The position numbers and the translations under genes were made by a program. A DNA stretch of 47,980 nt from Bacteroidota bacterium. GTDB lineage: Bacteria; Bacteroidota; Bacteroidia; UBA10329. Under the pieces are notes generated by a model. That model ran no database searches. It was not told where the DNA came from and worked only from the letters and a program-made list of their open reading frames with translations. The stretch is taken from the NCBI GenBank assembly GCA_046047575.1, contig JBJOHR010000094.1, positions 1-47,980 of the forward strand, in the 5' to 3' direction. Every line of letters begins with the position of its first letter. Position 1 is the stretch's first letter. This document shows, in pieces, positions 27,354-37,539 of this stretch.

Positions 27354-28088
27354 ATGGAGATCAATTTCATACCCGCAAAAGATGTGATCCGAACGGAACA
27401 CATTGCCAAAGTTTATGTGATGGGGGCTGAAGAAGTACACGCATTGCGCGACATCAGTATCACCATCAAACAGGGCGAATATGTGGCTTTGATGGGGCCT
27501 TCCGGTTCTGGAAAATCGACCTTGATGAATATGATCGGTTGTTTGGACACCCCTTCTTCAGGCCACTATTTTCTAGATGGGCAAGACGTAAGCAGAATGA
27601 CGGACAATCAGTTGGCCGAAGTGCGCAACAAGAAGATCGGGTTTGTATTTCAAACGTTCAACCTGCTACCAAGATCCACTGCGTTGGATAACGTAACATT
27701 ACCATTGATCTATGCCGGAATGGGTGGCAGCGACCGTAAAAAACGTGGCGAGGAAGTCTTGAAACAGGTTGGATTGGGTGATAGAATGACCCATCGTCCG
27801 AATGAGCTTTCCGGTGGTCAGCGACAACGGGTTGCGGTGGCGCGCGCGCTGGTCAATCGTCCGGCATTGATCCTTGCAGATGAACCGACCGGAAACCTGG
27901 ATTCTAAAACCTCCATAGAGATAATGGGGCTTTTTGAAGAAATACATCGCAACGGGAACACGATTGTTGTTGTGACCCACGAAGAAGACATTGCACAGCA
28001 CGCACACCGCATTATCCGATTGAAAGATGGATTGGTGGAATCGGATCAGATCAATGAGAACATTCAAACTGTTTTGCAGGAATCATGA
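27354..28088 (+). CDS. ABC transporter ATP-binding protein (LolD/MacB-like)
   Basis: Walker [38 protein letters not shown] and VTHE. Confidence 0.95.
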   Translation: MEINFIPAKDVIRTEHIAKVYVMGAEEVHALRDISITIKQGEYVALMGPSGSGKSTLMNMIGCLDTPSSGHYFLDGQDVSRMTDNQLAEVRNKKIGFVFQTFNLLPRSTALDNVTLPLIYAGMGGSDRKKRGEEVLKQVGLGDRMTHRPNELSGGQRQRVAVARALVNRPALILADEPTGNLDSKTSIEIMGLFEEIHRNGNTIVVVTHEEDIAQHAHRIIRLKDGLVESDQINENIQTVLQES

Positions 28089-28633
28089 AGGTCTATACCA
28101 GAACAGGAGATGACGGCACCACAGGCCTTTTTGGTGGAGCTCGTGTGCCCAAGCATCATATTCGCATAGAAAGTTACGGAACGGTAGATGAGCTGAACTC
28201 CTATATCGGCCTGGTGCGCCATCGCCATATCGATCCCCGATCGGCCGATCTGCTGGGTGAGATCCAAGACCGACTGTTCACCATTGGCTCCATATTGGCA
28301 TCGGACCCCAGTAAATCAAACCTTGTGGTTCCAGACCTTCACTCTTCAGACATCGATCTATTGGAAAGGGAAATGGACCGCATGAACGAATCACTGCCCG
28401 AAATGCGCTCATTCGTGCTTCCTGGTGGAAACGACACGGTCGGTTTCTGCCACATTGCTAGATGCGTTTGCCGCAGGGCCGAGCGGCTCGTAGTACAGTT
28501 GAACGAAACCGAGAAAATTTCTCCGTTGGTGGTAAAATATCTGAACCGACTTTCCGATTATCTCTTTGTGTTGAGCAGAAAGATAACTCAGGATGATGGG
28601 TTGGCAGAAATTCCATGGAAGCCCCGTAAATAG
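28085..28633 (+). CDS. ATP:cob(I)alamin adenosyltransferase, PduO type
   Basis: [36 protein letters not shown] and [10 protein letters not shown] motifs. Confidence 0.95.
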   Translation: MKVYTRTGDDGTTGLFGGARVPKHHIRIESYGTVDELNSYIGLVRHRHIDPRSADLLGEIQDRLFTIGSILASDPSKSNLVVPDLHSSDIDLLEREMDRMNESLPEMRSFVLPGGNDTVGFCHIARCVCRRAERLVVQLNETEKISPLVVKYLNRLSDYLFVLSRKITQDDGLAEIPWKPRK

Positions 28634-28693
28634 TGCGCTTCAGCGATTTTCAGGCAAAAAATCCATCCCTATTTCCTGTCTTGATTTAATTTT

Positions 28694-28701
28694 TAGCTTT
28701 G
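28694..28701 (+). promoter_or_regulatory. -7 element (TAGCTTTG) for the DUF2795 gene
   Basis: Exact TAnnTTTG match in the intergenic region. Confidence 0.6.
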
Positions 28702-28738
28702 CGCAAAATAGAGCAGGTAACCCCAAACACCATCAGTC

Positions 28739-28960
28739 ATGTATTGGACACTAGAATTAGCATCACGATTGGAAGACGCACCTTGGCCAGCAACAAAGGA
28801 CGAGTTGATCGATTTCGCCATGAGATCCGGAGCTCCAATGGAGGTGGTGGAAAACCTGCAGGAAATTGAGGATGATGGCGAAGTGTTCGAAAGCATTGAA
28901 GACATTTGGCCAGATTATCCCACTAAGGACGACTTCTTCTTCAATGAAGATGAATATTGA
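28739..28960 (+). CDS. DUF2795 domain small acidic protein
   Basis: MYWTLELAS.LEDAPWPATKDELID...FFFNEDEY, a 73-aa protein I recognise as highly conserved in Bacteroidota. Confidence 0.9.
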   Translation: MYWTLELASRLEDAPWPATKDELIDFAMRSGAPMEVVENLQEIEDDGEVFESIEDIWPDYPTKDDFFFNEDEY

Positions 28961-28984
28961 TTCAACGGACAAATTGAGTTAAAT

Positions 28985-29017
28985 ACGGCCTCGCCTCTTG
29001 GTGGGGCCGTTCTTTTT
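28985..29017 (+). terminator. Intrinsic terminator after the DUF2795 gene
   Basis: ACGGCCTCGCC-tctt-GGTGGGGCCGT followed by TCTTTTT. Confidence 0.7.
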
Positions 29018-29034
29018 ACCGCCCTTTGGATTCT

Positions 29035-30069
29035 ATGCAACTGAATTATGCGCCATACGGCCTTCTGCTACAACACGCCTTCAAACTGGCACACGGGTCG
29101 CGTTCAAAGACCGACACGGTAGCCGTTAGCCTTGCCCATGAAGGGCTTGTCGGATTCGGTGAGGCCGCACTGCCTCCATATTTGGGCGAAACCTCCGAGT
29201 CGGTGATGCGGTTCCTTTCCAGGGTCGATACGTTTCAGATCCAACTCCATGATCCTGAACATACGCGTAACTACATCGATTCACTCAGTCCTACCGACAA
29301 TGCTGCCAAAGCCGCCATCGGAATTGCTTACGTAGACCTGCTTGCCAAAACGCGCAACGTGCCTAGTAGATCATTGTTCGGAATCACTTCTGACCTGACA
29401 CCGACAAGCGCTTTCACCATCGGCATTTCAGAATTGGAGGAACTACCTGCCAAATTGCATCAGGCAGCCGGTTTCGGAATTATTAAACTCAAACTTGGTG
29501 GCAGCAACGATCTGGAATTGTTCAACGCTGTACGGCAAATGACCGATAAACCTCTGATGATAGATGCCAATCAAGGTTGGAAGGATGCAGAAACGGCCCT
29601 GCGAATGATAGATCATTTTACCGGTAAGAACGTGCTCTTGGTGGAACAACCACTTTCAATACAGACCGATCCGAACGATTGGTATTGGCTGAAAGAAAGA
29701 AGCCCGGTACCCATTTTCGCTGATGAAAGTGTGAAGCGGCTTTCCGATCTTTCTCTGGCGCATGATCTATTCCATGGAATCAACATCAAGCTGATGAAAT
29801 GCACTGGAGTGTTCGAAGCATTCGACATGATCGGACATTGTCGGAAAAACGGACTGAAAGTGATGATCGGTTGTATGACCGAATCGAGCTGCGCAATAAT
29901 GGCCGCGGCCCAATTGGCACCTTTGGCCGATTTCGCTGACCTAGATGGACCTTGGCTCATAACCAACAACTACTACGAAACGCCTGAATTACGGTCTGGG
30001 AAACTGCTTCTACCCGATGCCTCAGGCCATGGATCTCTGCCGATTCCGGGTTTGCATCCCCTGCTTTAA
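29035..30069 (+). CDS. Dipeptide epimerase (L-Ala-D/L-Glu epimerase, enolase superfamily)
   Basis: GFGEA, KLKLG (KxK), DANQGW, VEQP, ADES, INIKLMKC, GCMTES and DLDG motifs. Confidence 0.9.
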   Translation: MQLNYAPYGLLLQHAFKLAHGSRSKTDTVAVSLAHEGLVGFGEAALPPYLGETSESVMRFLSRVDTFQIQLHDPEHTRNYIDSLSPTDNAAKAAIGIAYVDLLAKTRNVPSRSLFGITSDLTPTSAFTIGISELEELPAKLHQAAGFGIIKLKLGGSNDLELFNAVRQMTDKPLMIDANQGWKDAETALRMIDHFTGKNVLLVEQPLSIQTDPNDWYWLKERSPVPIFADESVKRLSDLSLAHDLFHGINIKLMKCTGVFEAFDMIGHCRKNGLKVMIGCMTESSCAIMAAAQLAPLADFADLDGPWLITNNYYETPELRSGKLLLPDASGHGSLPIPGLHPLL

Positions 30070-30120
30070 GCCTACTGTCTTATGTTGACCTCAAGGTTGG
30101 TTGCATCGGGCTAAAAGGCT

Positions 30121-30128
30121 TAATTTCG
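30121..30128 (+). promoter_or_regulatory. -7-like element (TAATTTCG) for secA
   Basis: TAnnTTCG variant 86 nt upstream of the ATG. Confidence 0.45.
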
Positions 30129-30214
30129 CCCGCTTGCATGACAGGTTGTCTGACTGCCGCCAACGGAATGGTTGTTGACATCCCGAGTGCCACTCAAATA
30201 GGAATTCACACGTA

Positions 30215-33200
30215 ATGATCAATTTTATTAATAACCTGGCCAAAAGGTTTTTCGGAACCAAGGCTGACAAGGACATTGAAGAAATTCAACCCTATGTCGA
30301 TCAGATCAACAAGATATTCGCTGAGCTGAAGAACGTTTCTGACGATGCCCTGCGCGGAAAGACCAAAGAACTGAAGCAGCGCATAGCCGACCACTTATCG
30401 GAAGAGCGCAAAGAAATAGCGGAACTTACGGCTAAAGCAGAACTACCCGAAACCGATGTTGAGGAAAAAGAGCGCCTCTACGATAGGATCGATAAGATCG
30501 AGAAAGACTCGATCGACAAGGTAGAAGAGGTATTGCTCGAAATTCTTCCGGAAGCCTTTGCCGTGATAAAAGAAACCGCACGCAGACTGAAAGAGAACGG
30601 CAAATTGGTGGTAAGCGCCACCGAAATGGACCGCGACCTTGCCGCAAGAAAAGGCTATGTCACCATTGAGGGAGCTTATGCAACTTTCCCAAAATCGTGG
30701 TTGGCGGGTGGAACCGAGGTTACCTGGGACATGGTGCACTATGATGTGCAGCTGATCGGTGGTGTAGCGCTTCACAAAGGACGGATCGCTGAAATGGCAA
30801 CGGGAGAAGGAAAGACCCTTGTGGCCACGCTTCCCGTTTACCTGAATGCCTTGGCAGGCCGCGGTGTTCACCTGGTGACGGTGAACGATTATCTGGCCAA
30901 ACGTGACTCTGAGTGGATGGGACCGTTGTACGAATTCCACGGATTGAAAGTGGATTGTATTGATAAGCATCAGCCCAATTCACCTGAAAGACGTGCTGCT
31001 TACAATGCCGATATCACTTTCGGCACCAACAATGAATTCGGCTTTGACTACCTGAGAGACAACATGGCGCGCGAAGCAGGAGATCTGGTTCAACGCAAGC
31101 ACAATTACGCCATTGTGGATGAGGTCGATTCGGTTTTCATTGACGATGCCCGAACACCATTGATCATTTCCGGCCCGGTTCCGCAAGGCGACAAGCACGA
31201 GTTTGACGAACTGAAGCCCAAGGTGGAGAAACTGCTGAACGTTCAGAAAACGCTCTTCAACACCACACTTACCGATGCCAAAAGACTGATATCGGCCGGG
31301 ACTGATGGTTACAAAGAAGGGGAAGGCGGAATGGCTCTGCTACGTTGCTACCGCGCATTACCTAAGAACAAGGCCCTGATCAAGTATTTGAGTGAGCCAG
31401 GCGTGAAGCAGATCCTGCAGAAAACGGAGAACTACTACATGCAGGATCAGAACAAGGAAATGCATAAGGTCGATGCCGAGTTGTTTTTCGTAATAGATGA
31501 AAAACACAACTCCATTGAACTGACGGAAAAAGGTCTCGACCTCATCACGAAGAACATGGAGGACGACCAGTTCTTCGTTCTGACAGACGTTGGTTCTGGC
31601 ATTGCCGAGATTGAGAAAATGCAGGTTTCTGATCAGGAAAAGGCCAAGAAGAAAGATGAGCTGATGCGCGATTTCGCCATCAAGAGCGCCCGTGTTCACT
31701 CCATGAACCAGCTGTTCAAAGCCTACACCCTTTTTGAGAAAGATGTGGAGTACGTGGTGATGGACAATAAGGTGAAGATCGTTGATGAGCAGACCGGCCG
31801 TATCATGGACGGAAGGCGCTATTCAGATGGTCTTCACCAAGCTATTGAAGCCAAGGAAAACCTGAAAGTTGAAGCTGCCACACAGACCTGGGCAACGGTC
31901 ACACTACAGAATTACTTCCGTATGTACAGCAAGCTTTCCGGTATGACCGGAACAGCCGAAACGGAGGCTAAAGAATTGTGGGACATCTACAAATTGGATG
32001 TGATGGTCATTCCTACCAACAGACCCATTTCCAGAGAAGACAAGGACGATCTTGTGTACAAGACGACTCGCGAGAAGTACAATGCAGTTATTGACGAGAT
32101 CGTCAACCTAACGGGCCAAGGCCGTCCAGTGTTGGTAGGTACTACCTCGGTAGAGATCTCTGAGCTGCTGAGCCGCATGCTTAAGATCAAGAAGATCGAG
32201 CATAACGTTTTGAACGCCAAGTTGCACGCCAAGGAAGCCGACATTGTTGCCATGGCCGGCAAACCAAGTGCGGTGACCATTGCCACCAACATGGCGGGTC
32301 GAGGTACGGACATCAAACTGACCGAGGAGGTGAGGAAAGCAGGCGGTTTGGCCATCATTGGTACCGAACGCCACGAAAGCCGAAGAGTTGACCGCCAGTT
32401 GCGTGGTCGAGCCGGTCGTCAGGGAGATCCTGGTTCTTCGCAGTTCTACGTTTCATTGGAAGACAACCTGATGCGACTTTTCGGTTCGGACCGAATTGCC
32501 AAGCTGATGGATAAAATGGGATACGAGGAAGGTGAGGTGATTCAACACGGAATGGTTTCCAAATCCATTGAACGGGCGCAGAAAAAGGTTGAGGAGAACA
32601 ACTACGGCATCCGTAAACGATTGTTGGAGTATGATGACGTGATGAACGCTCAGCGCGAAGTGATCTACAAGCGCAGAAGACATGCACTGCAAGGCGAGCG
32701 ACTTTCAGTAGATGTGCTGAACATGATCCACGACACGGCTGCACTGTTGGTTGATGAATTCCATGAGGCCAAGGATTTTGAAGGATTCAAATTGGATGTG
32801 ATCCGTGTCTTCTCTTCTGAATCGCCCATTACCGAACAGGAATTCCACTCACTGAAATCAGATGCTTTGACCGATAAACTTGTTCATTCGTTAACCGAAA
32901 GCTACAAGCGGAAAAAGGCAAGTGTTGCTGAACGCGCATTCCCAGTGATCGCCAACGTGTTCGAAACGCAAGGCGAAAAATTCAAGAATATCGTGATCCC
33001 ATTCACAGATGGAATCAAGAGTTTGAATGTGGTGGTGGACCTGGCCAAGACCTACGAACTCAGAGGTTCGAACCTTCCGTTGGCGTTTGAGAAGAACATT
33101 ATTCTGGCCATTATTGACGAACAATGGAAAGAGCATCTGCGCGAGATGGACGAACTGAAACATTCGGTTCAGAATGCATCTTACGAGCAGAAAGACCCAC

Positions 33201-33541
33201 TGCTGATCTATAAGTTCGAAAGTTTCAACCTGTTCCAGAAAATGTTGGACAGAATGAACCGCGAAGTGATCTCGTTCCTGTTCAAAGGCGACCTGCCCAA
33301 TGCGGAGAACACGCGGGTACGGGAGGCTGTTGAGCGGAAAGAACGAGTAACTGCATCAAGGGCCGAAGTGACCCAACCGCGCCAAGCAGCACCTGCACAA
33401 AATGGTGGTCAGCAGCAAGCATTGCCCCCACAACCGCAGTCAAAGCCAGAACCTGTGCGTGTGGAACACACCGCAGGACGCAATGACCCATGTCCGTGCG
33501 GAAGCGGGAAGAAATACAAACAATGTCACGGTAAAGGCTAA
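30215..33541 (+). CDS. secA: Preprotein translocase subunit SecA
   Basis: [24 protein letters not shown]...[35 protein letters not shown] and SEC-C motif [19 protein letters not shown]. Confidence 0.99.
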   Translation: MINFINNLAKRFFGTKADKDIEEIQPYVDQINKIFAELKNVSDDALRGKTKELKQRIADHLSEERKEIAELTAKAELPETDVEEKERLYDRIDKIEKDSIDKVEEVLLEILPEAFAVIKETARRLKENGKLVVSATEMDRDLAARKGYVTIEGAYATFPKSWLAGGTEVTWDMVHYDVQLIGGVALHKGRIAEMATGEGKTLVATLPVYLNALAGRGVHLVTVNDYLAKRDSEWMGPLYEFHGLKVDCIDKHQPNSPERRAAYNADITFGTNNEFGFDYLRDNMAREAGDLVQRKHNYAIVDEVDSVFIDDARTPLIISGPVPQGDKHEFDELKPKVEKLLNVQKTLFNTTLTDAKRLISAGTDGYKEGEGGMALLRCYRALPKNKALIKYLSEPGVKQILQKTENYYMQDQNKEMHKVDAELFFVIDEKHNSIELTEKGLDLITKNMEDDQFFVLTDVGSGIAEIEKMQVSDQEKAKKKDELMRDFAIKSARVHSMNQLFKAYTLFEKDVEYVVMDNKVKIVDEQTGRIMDGRRYSDGLHQAIEAKENLKVEAATQTWATVTLQNYFRMYSKLSGMTGTAETEAKELWDIYKLDVMVIPTNRPISREDKDDLVYKTTREKYNAVIDEIVNLTGQGRPVLVGTTSVEISELLSRMLKIKKIEHNVLNAKLHAKEADIVAMAGKPSAVTIATNMAGRGTDIKLTEEVRKAGGLAIIGTERHESRRVDRQLRGRAGRQGDPGSSQFYVSLEDNLMRLFGSDRIAKLMDKMGYEEGEVIQHGMVSKSIERAQKKVEENNYGIRKRLLEYDDVMNAQREVIYKRRRHALQGERLSVDVLNMIHDTAALLVDEFHEAKDFEGFKLDVIRVFSSESPITEQEFHSLKSDALTDKLVHSLTESYKRKKASVAERAFPVIANVFETQGEKFKNIVIPFTDGIKSLNVVVDLAKTYELRGSNLPLAFEKNIILAIIDEQWKEHLREMDELKHSVQNASYEQKDPLLIYKFESFNLFQKMLDRMNREVISFLFKGDLPNAENTRVREAVERKERVTASRAEVTQPRQAAPAQNGGQQQALPPQPQSKPEPVRVEHTAGRNDPCPCGSGKKYKQCHGKG

Positions 33542-34041
33542 TGGCATACACGTCAGGAGTGGTGCTGGCCCAAACCATGGATGAAACGCGCAACCTGACC
33601 CGCTTCTACGCGGGGAAGTTGAAGGGTGAAAACATGCACCGCACGTTTGAAGTGAACGGTTTCACAACCAATAGTCCGTATTGGATACTGGCGCATCTGT
33701 GCTGGGCAGAGAACATGTTACTTCTACAATGCATGGGACACAAAGGCGTAGACATTCCTTGGTTGAAAGACTTTAAGATCGGTACAGCCAAGGGCGTAAA
33801 GCCAAGTTCAGAACCTGCATTGGAAGAAGTGCTGTCTGCCCTGAAGGAGATCCATGCCATTTCGTTGGACAATCTGGCAAAAATGTCCGATGCAGAATTG
33901 GATGAAGACAACGCTTTAGGCGTGGCCTTCGGTGAAAACAAAAGCAAGCGTTTTATGGCCATGCACGCCATCCGTCATGAGGGAACTCATCTTGGTCAGC
34001 TATCGCTCATTGCCAAGATGTACGGAAAGCAGACAGTGTAG
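33541..34041 (+). CDS. DinB/YfiT-like metal-dependent family protein
   Basis: NSPYWILAHL...E and HAIRHEGTHLGQ histidine-triad pattern. TAATG stop/start overlap with secA. Confidence 0.8.
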   Translation: MAYTSGVVLAQTMDETRNLTRFYAGKLKGENMHRTFEVNGFTTNSPYWILAHLCWAENMLLLQCMGHKGVDIPWLKDFKIGTAKGVKPSSEPALEEVLSALKEIHAISLDNLAKMSDAELDEDNALGVAFGENKSKRFMAMHAIRHEGTHLGQLSLIAKMYGKQTV

Positions 34042-34099
34042 CAGACAAAGCGCTTCCAGACTATTCAAAAAGCATATTTCATAATAGTGGTACAAAGCG

Positions 34100-34107
34100 T
34101 ATATTCG
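34100..34107 (+). promoter_or_regulatory. -7-like element (TATATTCG) for ppiD
   Basis: TAnnTTCG variant 28 nt upstream of the ATG. Confidence 0.45.
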
Positions 34108-34135
34108 CGATCCTAAATTTTAAGCGTAATTACAG

Positions 34136-36217
34136 ATGGTAATTGGAAAAATCCGTGAGAAGTCGACCCTACTGATGGTAATGATCGGTGGTGCCATGTT
34201 GCTCTTCGTTCTAGACCCAACCATGTTGGACAGCCTTTTTCAAGGGAATCCGACCGAGATCGGAGAAATTGCAGGAGAAACCGTTGATGGCAGAATCTTT
34301 CAAGAGCGCGTTGACGAAAGCATAGCCAACTATAAGAATCAGACAGGACAGACCTCTGTTGACAATGCAACAGCAGACCAACTACGTGACCAGACCTGGA
34401 ATCAGATGGTCCGCGATATTGTTCTCGGACAGGAACTGGATGCGGCTGGAGTTCGCGTTAGCAAGGAAGAGCTTTATGACATGGTTCAAGGAAGCAATCC
34501 GCATCCACAGGTGGTGCAGGCCTTCACCAATCCACAGACCGGACAGTTCGATCAGGCGCAGGTCATCTCGTTCCTAAAACGAATGGAAACAGATGAAGAT
34601 GTGAAGAAACGATGGATTGCCTTTGAAAAGGACATTGCCAAGCTTCGCAGAACCGAGAAGTACAACAACGCCATTAAAAAGGGTCTGTATGTAACCAAGG
34701 AAGAGGCCAAGGAAGATTTCATTGCCAAAAATCAGAATGCCACCATCAAATATGTGCTGAAGCCATATATGGCGGTTGCAGATTCTACCATTGAGGTTAC
34801 CGATGCAGACATTAAAAAGTACTACAACGATAACAAGTCGAAATACGAACAGGATGCCTCAAGAGATGTGGAGTTCGTTGCCTTCCGTGTTGAGCCATCG
34901 AAGGAAGATTTCGATAAGGTATTGAACTGGGCCCAATCATTGAAGCCATCGTTTGAAACAAGCGAGAACGATACGCTATTGGTGAACCGTGAGTCGGACA
35001 CGCGATTCAATGCACGCTGGTTGGCCAAAGGCGAATTGGGCGGAGCGGTTGACTCTCTGATGTTTGCTGCCGAAAAAGGATTCGTGTATGGCCCTTATCT
35101 GGAAGGACAAACATACCGTATGGCGAAGTTGATCGGTGTGAAGATGTCTCCAGACTCGGTTCAGGCCCGTCATATCCTTATTAAGCCCGAAACCTTTGGA
35201 AGTGTGGAAAAAGCCAAGTCCGCAGCCGACAGTTTGAAGAAGCTTATTGAAGGAGGCGCTGACTTTGCTCAATTGGCGAGAGAGAATTCTGAAGACCCTG
35301 GATCTGGCTCTGAAGGCGGTGACCTGGGTTGGTTTAAGGAAGGACAGATGGTGCCCACCTTCAATGATGCCTGTTTCGATGGCAAGAAAGGTGACCTTGT
35401 TGTGGTAACATCTCAATTCGGATTCCATATCATCAACGTTCAAGACCAAAAAGGAAACACGGAGAAGCGTGCGGTTACCTTCATAGACCGAGCGGTAGAT
35501 GCCAGCACCAAGACCTTCCAAGTGAAGTTCGGAGAAGCGGATGAATTTGCCAGAAGCATCACTTCCGTTGCGTCTTTCGATCAGGAGGTGGCCAGCCGTG
35601 GTCTGAACAAACGAATTGCCAGCAACCTGAAAGAAGCTGACAAGACCATTGCCGGACTGGAAAACCCACGACCGCTGATCCGATGGGCATTTGAAGCTGA
35701 GAAAGGAGACGTGAGCAGCGTTTTTGAACTTGGAAACACCTTTGTGGTAGGAGTTCTTACCAATGTAAGAGAAGAAGGCTTTACAGCTATTGAAGATATC
35801 CGTGAGGAGTTGGAAGCAGGTGCCATCAAAGAAAAGAAAGCGGCCATGTTCATGGAGGAGTTTGAGGCCGCCCGTGCTGGCGACATCCAAAGCATTGCAA
35901 ACAACATGAACCTTCCGGTTGAGGTAAAGGAGAACGTGAATTTTGCTTCCATGGCCATTTCCGGTCTTGGCCGCGAGGCTGCGTTGATCGGTACGGTTGC
36001 CGGAATGGAGACGGGCGACATCTCCAAGCCAGTTAAAGGCGACCAAGGCGTTTATGTGGTAACGGTAGACTCTCGTAGCGATGTGCCGGAGCAAATGGAC
36101 TTTACCAATAATGGCAGAATCCTTAACGGAGCCCTTTCTTCAAGAGTTGATTTCGAAGTTTTTGAAGCGTTGAAGGAGAAGGCAGAGATAACGGACAACC
36201 GCGCCAAGTTCTTCTAA
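34136..36217 (+). CDS. ppiD: PpiD-like periplasmic chaperone / parvulin peptidyl-prolyl isomerase with SurA-type N-domain
   Basis: N-terminal anchor (IGKIREK...), ARHILI, FAQLARENSEDPGS..GGDLGWF..GQMV..F and SQFGFHII. Confidence 0.88.
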   Translation: MVIGKIREKSTLLMVMIGGAMLLFVLDPTMLDSLFQGNPTEIGEIAGETVDGRIFQERVDESIANYKNQTGQTSVDNATADQLRDQTWNQMVRDIVLGQELDAAGVRVSKEELYDMVQGSNPHPQVVQAFTNPQTGQFDQAQVISFLKRMETDEDVKKRWIAFEKDIAKLRRTEKYNNAIKKGLYVTKEEAKEDFIAKNQNATIKYVLKPYMAVADSTIEVTDADIKKYYNDNKSKYEQDASRDVEFVAFRVEPSKEDFDKVLNWAQSLKPSFETSENDTLLVNRESDTRFNARWLAKGELGGAVDSLMFAAEKGFVYGPYLEGQTYRMAKLIGVKMSPDSVQARHILIKPETFGSVEKAKSAADSLKKLIEGGADFAQLARENSEDPGSGSEGGDLGWFKEGQMVPTFNDACFDGKKGDLVVVTSQFGFHIINVQDQKGNTEKRAVTFIDRAVDASTKTFQVKFGEADEFARSITSVASFDQEVASRGLNKRIASNLKEADKTIAGLENPRPLIRWAFEAEKGDVSSVFELGNTFVVGVLTNVREEGFTAIEDIREELEAGAIKEKKAAMFMEEFEAARAGDIQSIANNMNLPVEVKENVNFASMAISGLGREAALIGTVAGMETGDISKPVKGDQGVYVVTVDSRSDVPEQMDFTNNGRILNGALSSRVDFEVFEALKEKAEITDNRAKFF

Positions 36218-36239
36218 ACTCGAATTGAGAATTGAATTG

Positions 36240-36271
36240 AAAGCCCCGCCAGATTGCTGGCGGGGCTTTTT
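36240..36271. terminator. Bidirectional terminator between ppiD and rodA
   Basis: AAAGCCCCGCCAG-attg-CTGGCGGGGCTTTTT. Confidence 0.88.
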
Positions 36272-36273
36272 GT

Positions 36274-37539
36274 TTACCTCAACTGCTGCAACCTGTAACC
36301 ATCCAGCTTGATGAAAATGAAAAGAAGGATGGTGAAACCGAGCAGCGATGAACCGCCATAGCTAAAGAAAGGCAGTGGAATACCAATTACGGGCATGAGG
36401 CCAATGGTCATTCCTATATTGATGACGAAATGGAACAGCAGAATGCTGGCCACGCTGTAACCATAGATCCTTGTGAATGCAGAGCGCTGGCGTTCGGATA
36501 TGTAGATGACACGCAGTATGAGTGCGGCAAAAAGTGCGATGACCACGAATGCACCTAGAAAGCCCCACTCCTCGCCTACGGTACAGAAGATGAAATCGGT
36601 GGTCTGCTCTGGCACGAAGTCGTACTTGGTCTGCGTGCCTTTGAGAAAGCCTTTGCCTGCAAATCCACCTGAGCCGATGGCGATCTTGCTCTGATTTACG
36701 TTGTAACCGGCACCTTTGGGGTCGTCTTCCTTACCAAGCAATACATTGATACGCACTTGCTGGTGAGGTTCCAGCACTTCATTGAAAATGTAGTCAACGC
36801 TATAGACAAAGCCCATGAGTATTACGAGGGCGCCAGCCAAAGAAATTCCCAATTTCCAGGTCTTCTTGCGCTGGAATATGAATATCAAGAGTCCTGTACT
36901 TGCCAATATGACCAGCATGGTAACCGGGGTGAACAGCAAGGCGAAAATGAATAGCACCACCGTGGCCAGGCCGAACAGCAGGATGTTGCCAGAAAGCCCT
37001 TCGCGATACATGACCAAGGCAAAGGCACCGAATACCAGCATGGAACCGGTGTCGTTCTGAAGGAGAATGAGGGCAGCCGGAATGGCCAAGATGATACCTG
37101 CCACGAGCTTGGTCTTCAATTCGTCCATTCTGATGTTCAGGGTACTGAGATAAGCCGCCAAGGCCAAGGCGGTTGCGCTTTTGGCGAACTCGGAGGGTTG
37201 AAGTTTGAATGGTCCGATATCAATCCAGGAACGTGCACCGGCCACATCGCGCGCGGTTACCAGCACCACTGCCAGCAGAATGATATTCAGTATATAGATG
37301 GGAAAGGCAAAGGTTGAGTAGAACTTGCCATCAATAAGCAGAATGACCAGACCGATGAATACGGAAAGTATGATCCAAAAAAGCTGTTTTCCGTAGCGTT
37401 GTGAAGCGTCTAGGATGCTCTGATGCTCTTCATTGTACACGGCCGCGTAGATATTTACCCAGCCCATTAGAACCAAGATGAGAAAGAGGCCGACCATTAT
37501 CCAGTCAATTCCCTCGAATATGCTGCGCTGAACCCTCAT
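36274..37539 (-). CDS. rodA: Rod shape-determining SEDS glycosyltransferase RodA
   Basis: GARSWI, LQPSEFAK, QNDTGS, GYNVNQSKIAIGSGG, PEQTTDFIF..GEEWG and PLPFFSYGGS motifs. Confidence 0.96.
   Translation of the reverse strand: MRVQRSIFEGIDWIMVGLFLILVLMGWVNIYAAVYNEEHQSILDASQRYGKQLFWIILSVFIGLVILLIDGKFYSTFAFPIYILNIILLAVVLVTARDVAGARSWIDIGPFKLQPSEFAKSATALALAAYLSTLNIRMDELKTKLVAGIILAIPAALILLQNDTGSMLVFGAFALVMYREGLSGNILLFGLATVVLFIFALLFTPVTMLVILASTGLLIFIFQRKKTWKLGISLAGALVILMGFVYSVDYIFNEVLEPHQQVRINVLLGKEDDPKGAGYNVNQSKIAIGSGGFAGKGFLKGTQTKYDFVPEQTTDFIFCTVGEEWGFLGAFVVIALFAALILRVIYISERQRSAFTRIYGYSVASILLFHFVINIGMTIGLMPVIGIPLPFFSYGGSSLLGFTILLFIFIKLDGYRLQQLR

Noticed and set aside
28085-28633. Cobalamin riboswitch or B12 synthesis cluster around the adenosyltransferase
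   Set aside because: The gene overlaps the upstream ABC ATPase, leaving no leader, and there are no other cob or btu genes in the window.
30139-30151. TGACA-GGT-TGTCT palindrome in the secA leader as an operator
   Set aside because: The perfect arm is only 4 bp and there is no second matching instance in the window, so it cannot be distinguished from chance.
34976-36094. 372-aa antisense ORF
   Set aside because: It lies entirely opposite ppiD and has no recognisable motifs, so it is best explained as a codon-bias shadow ORF.
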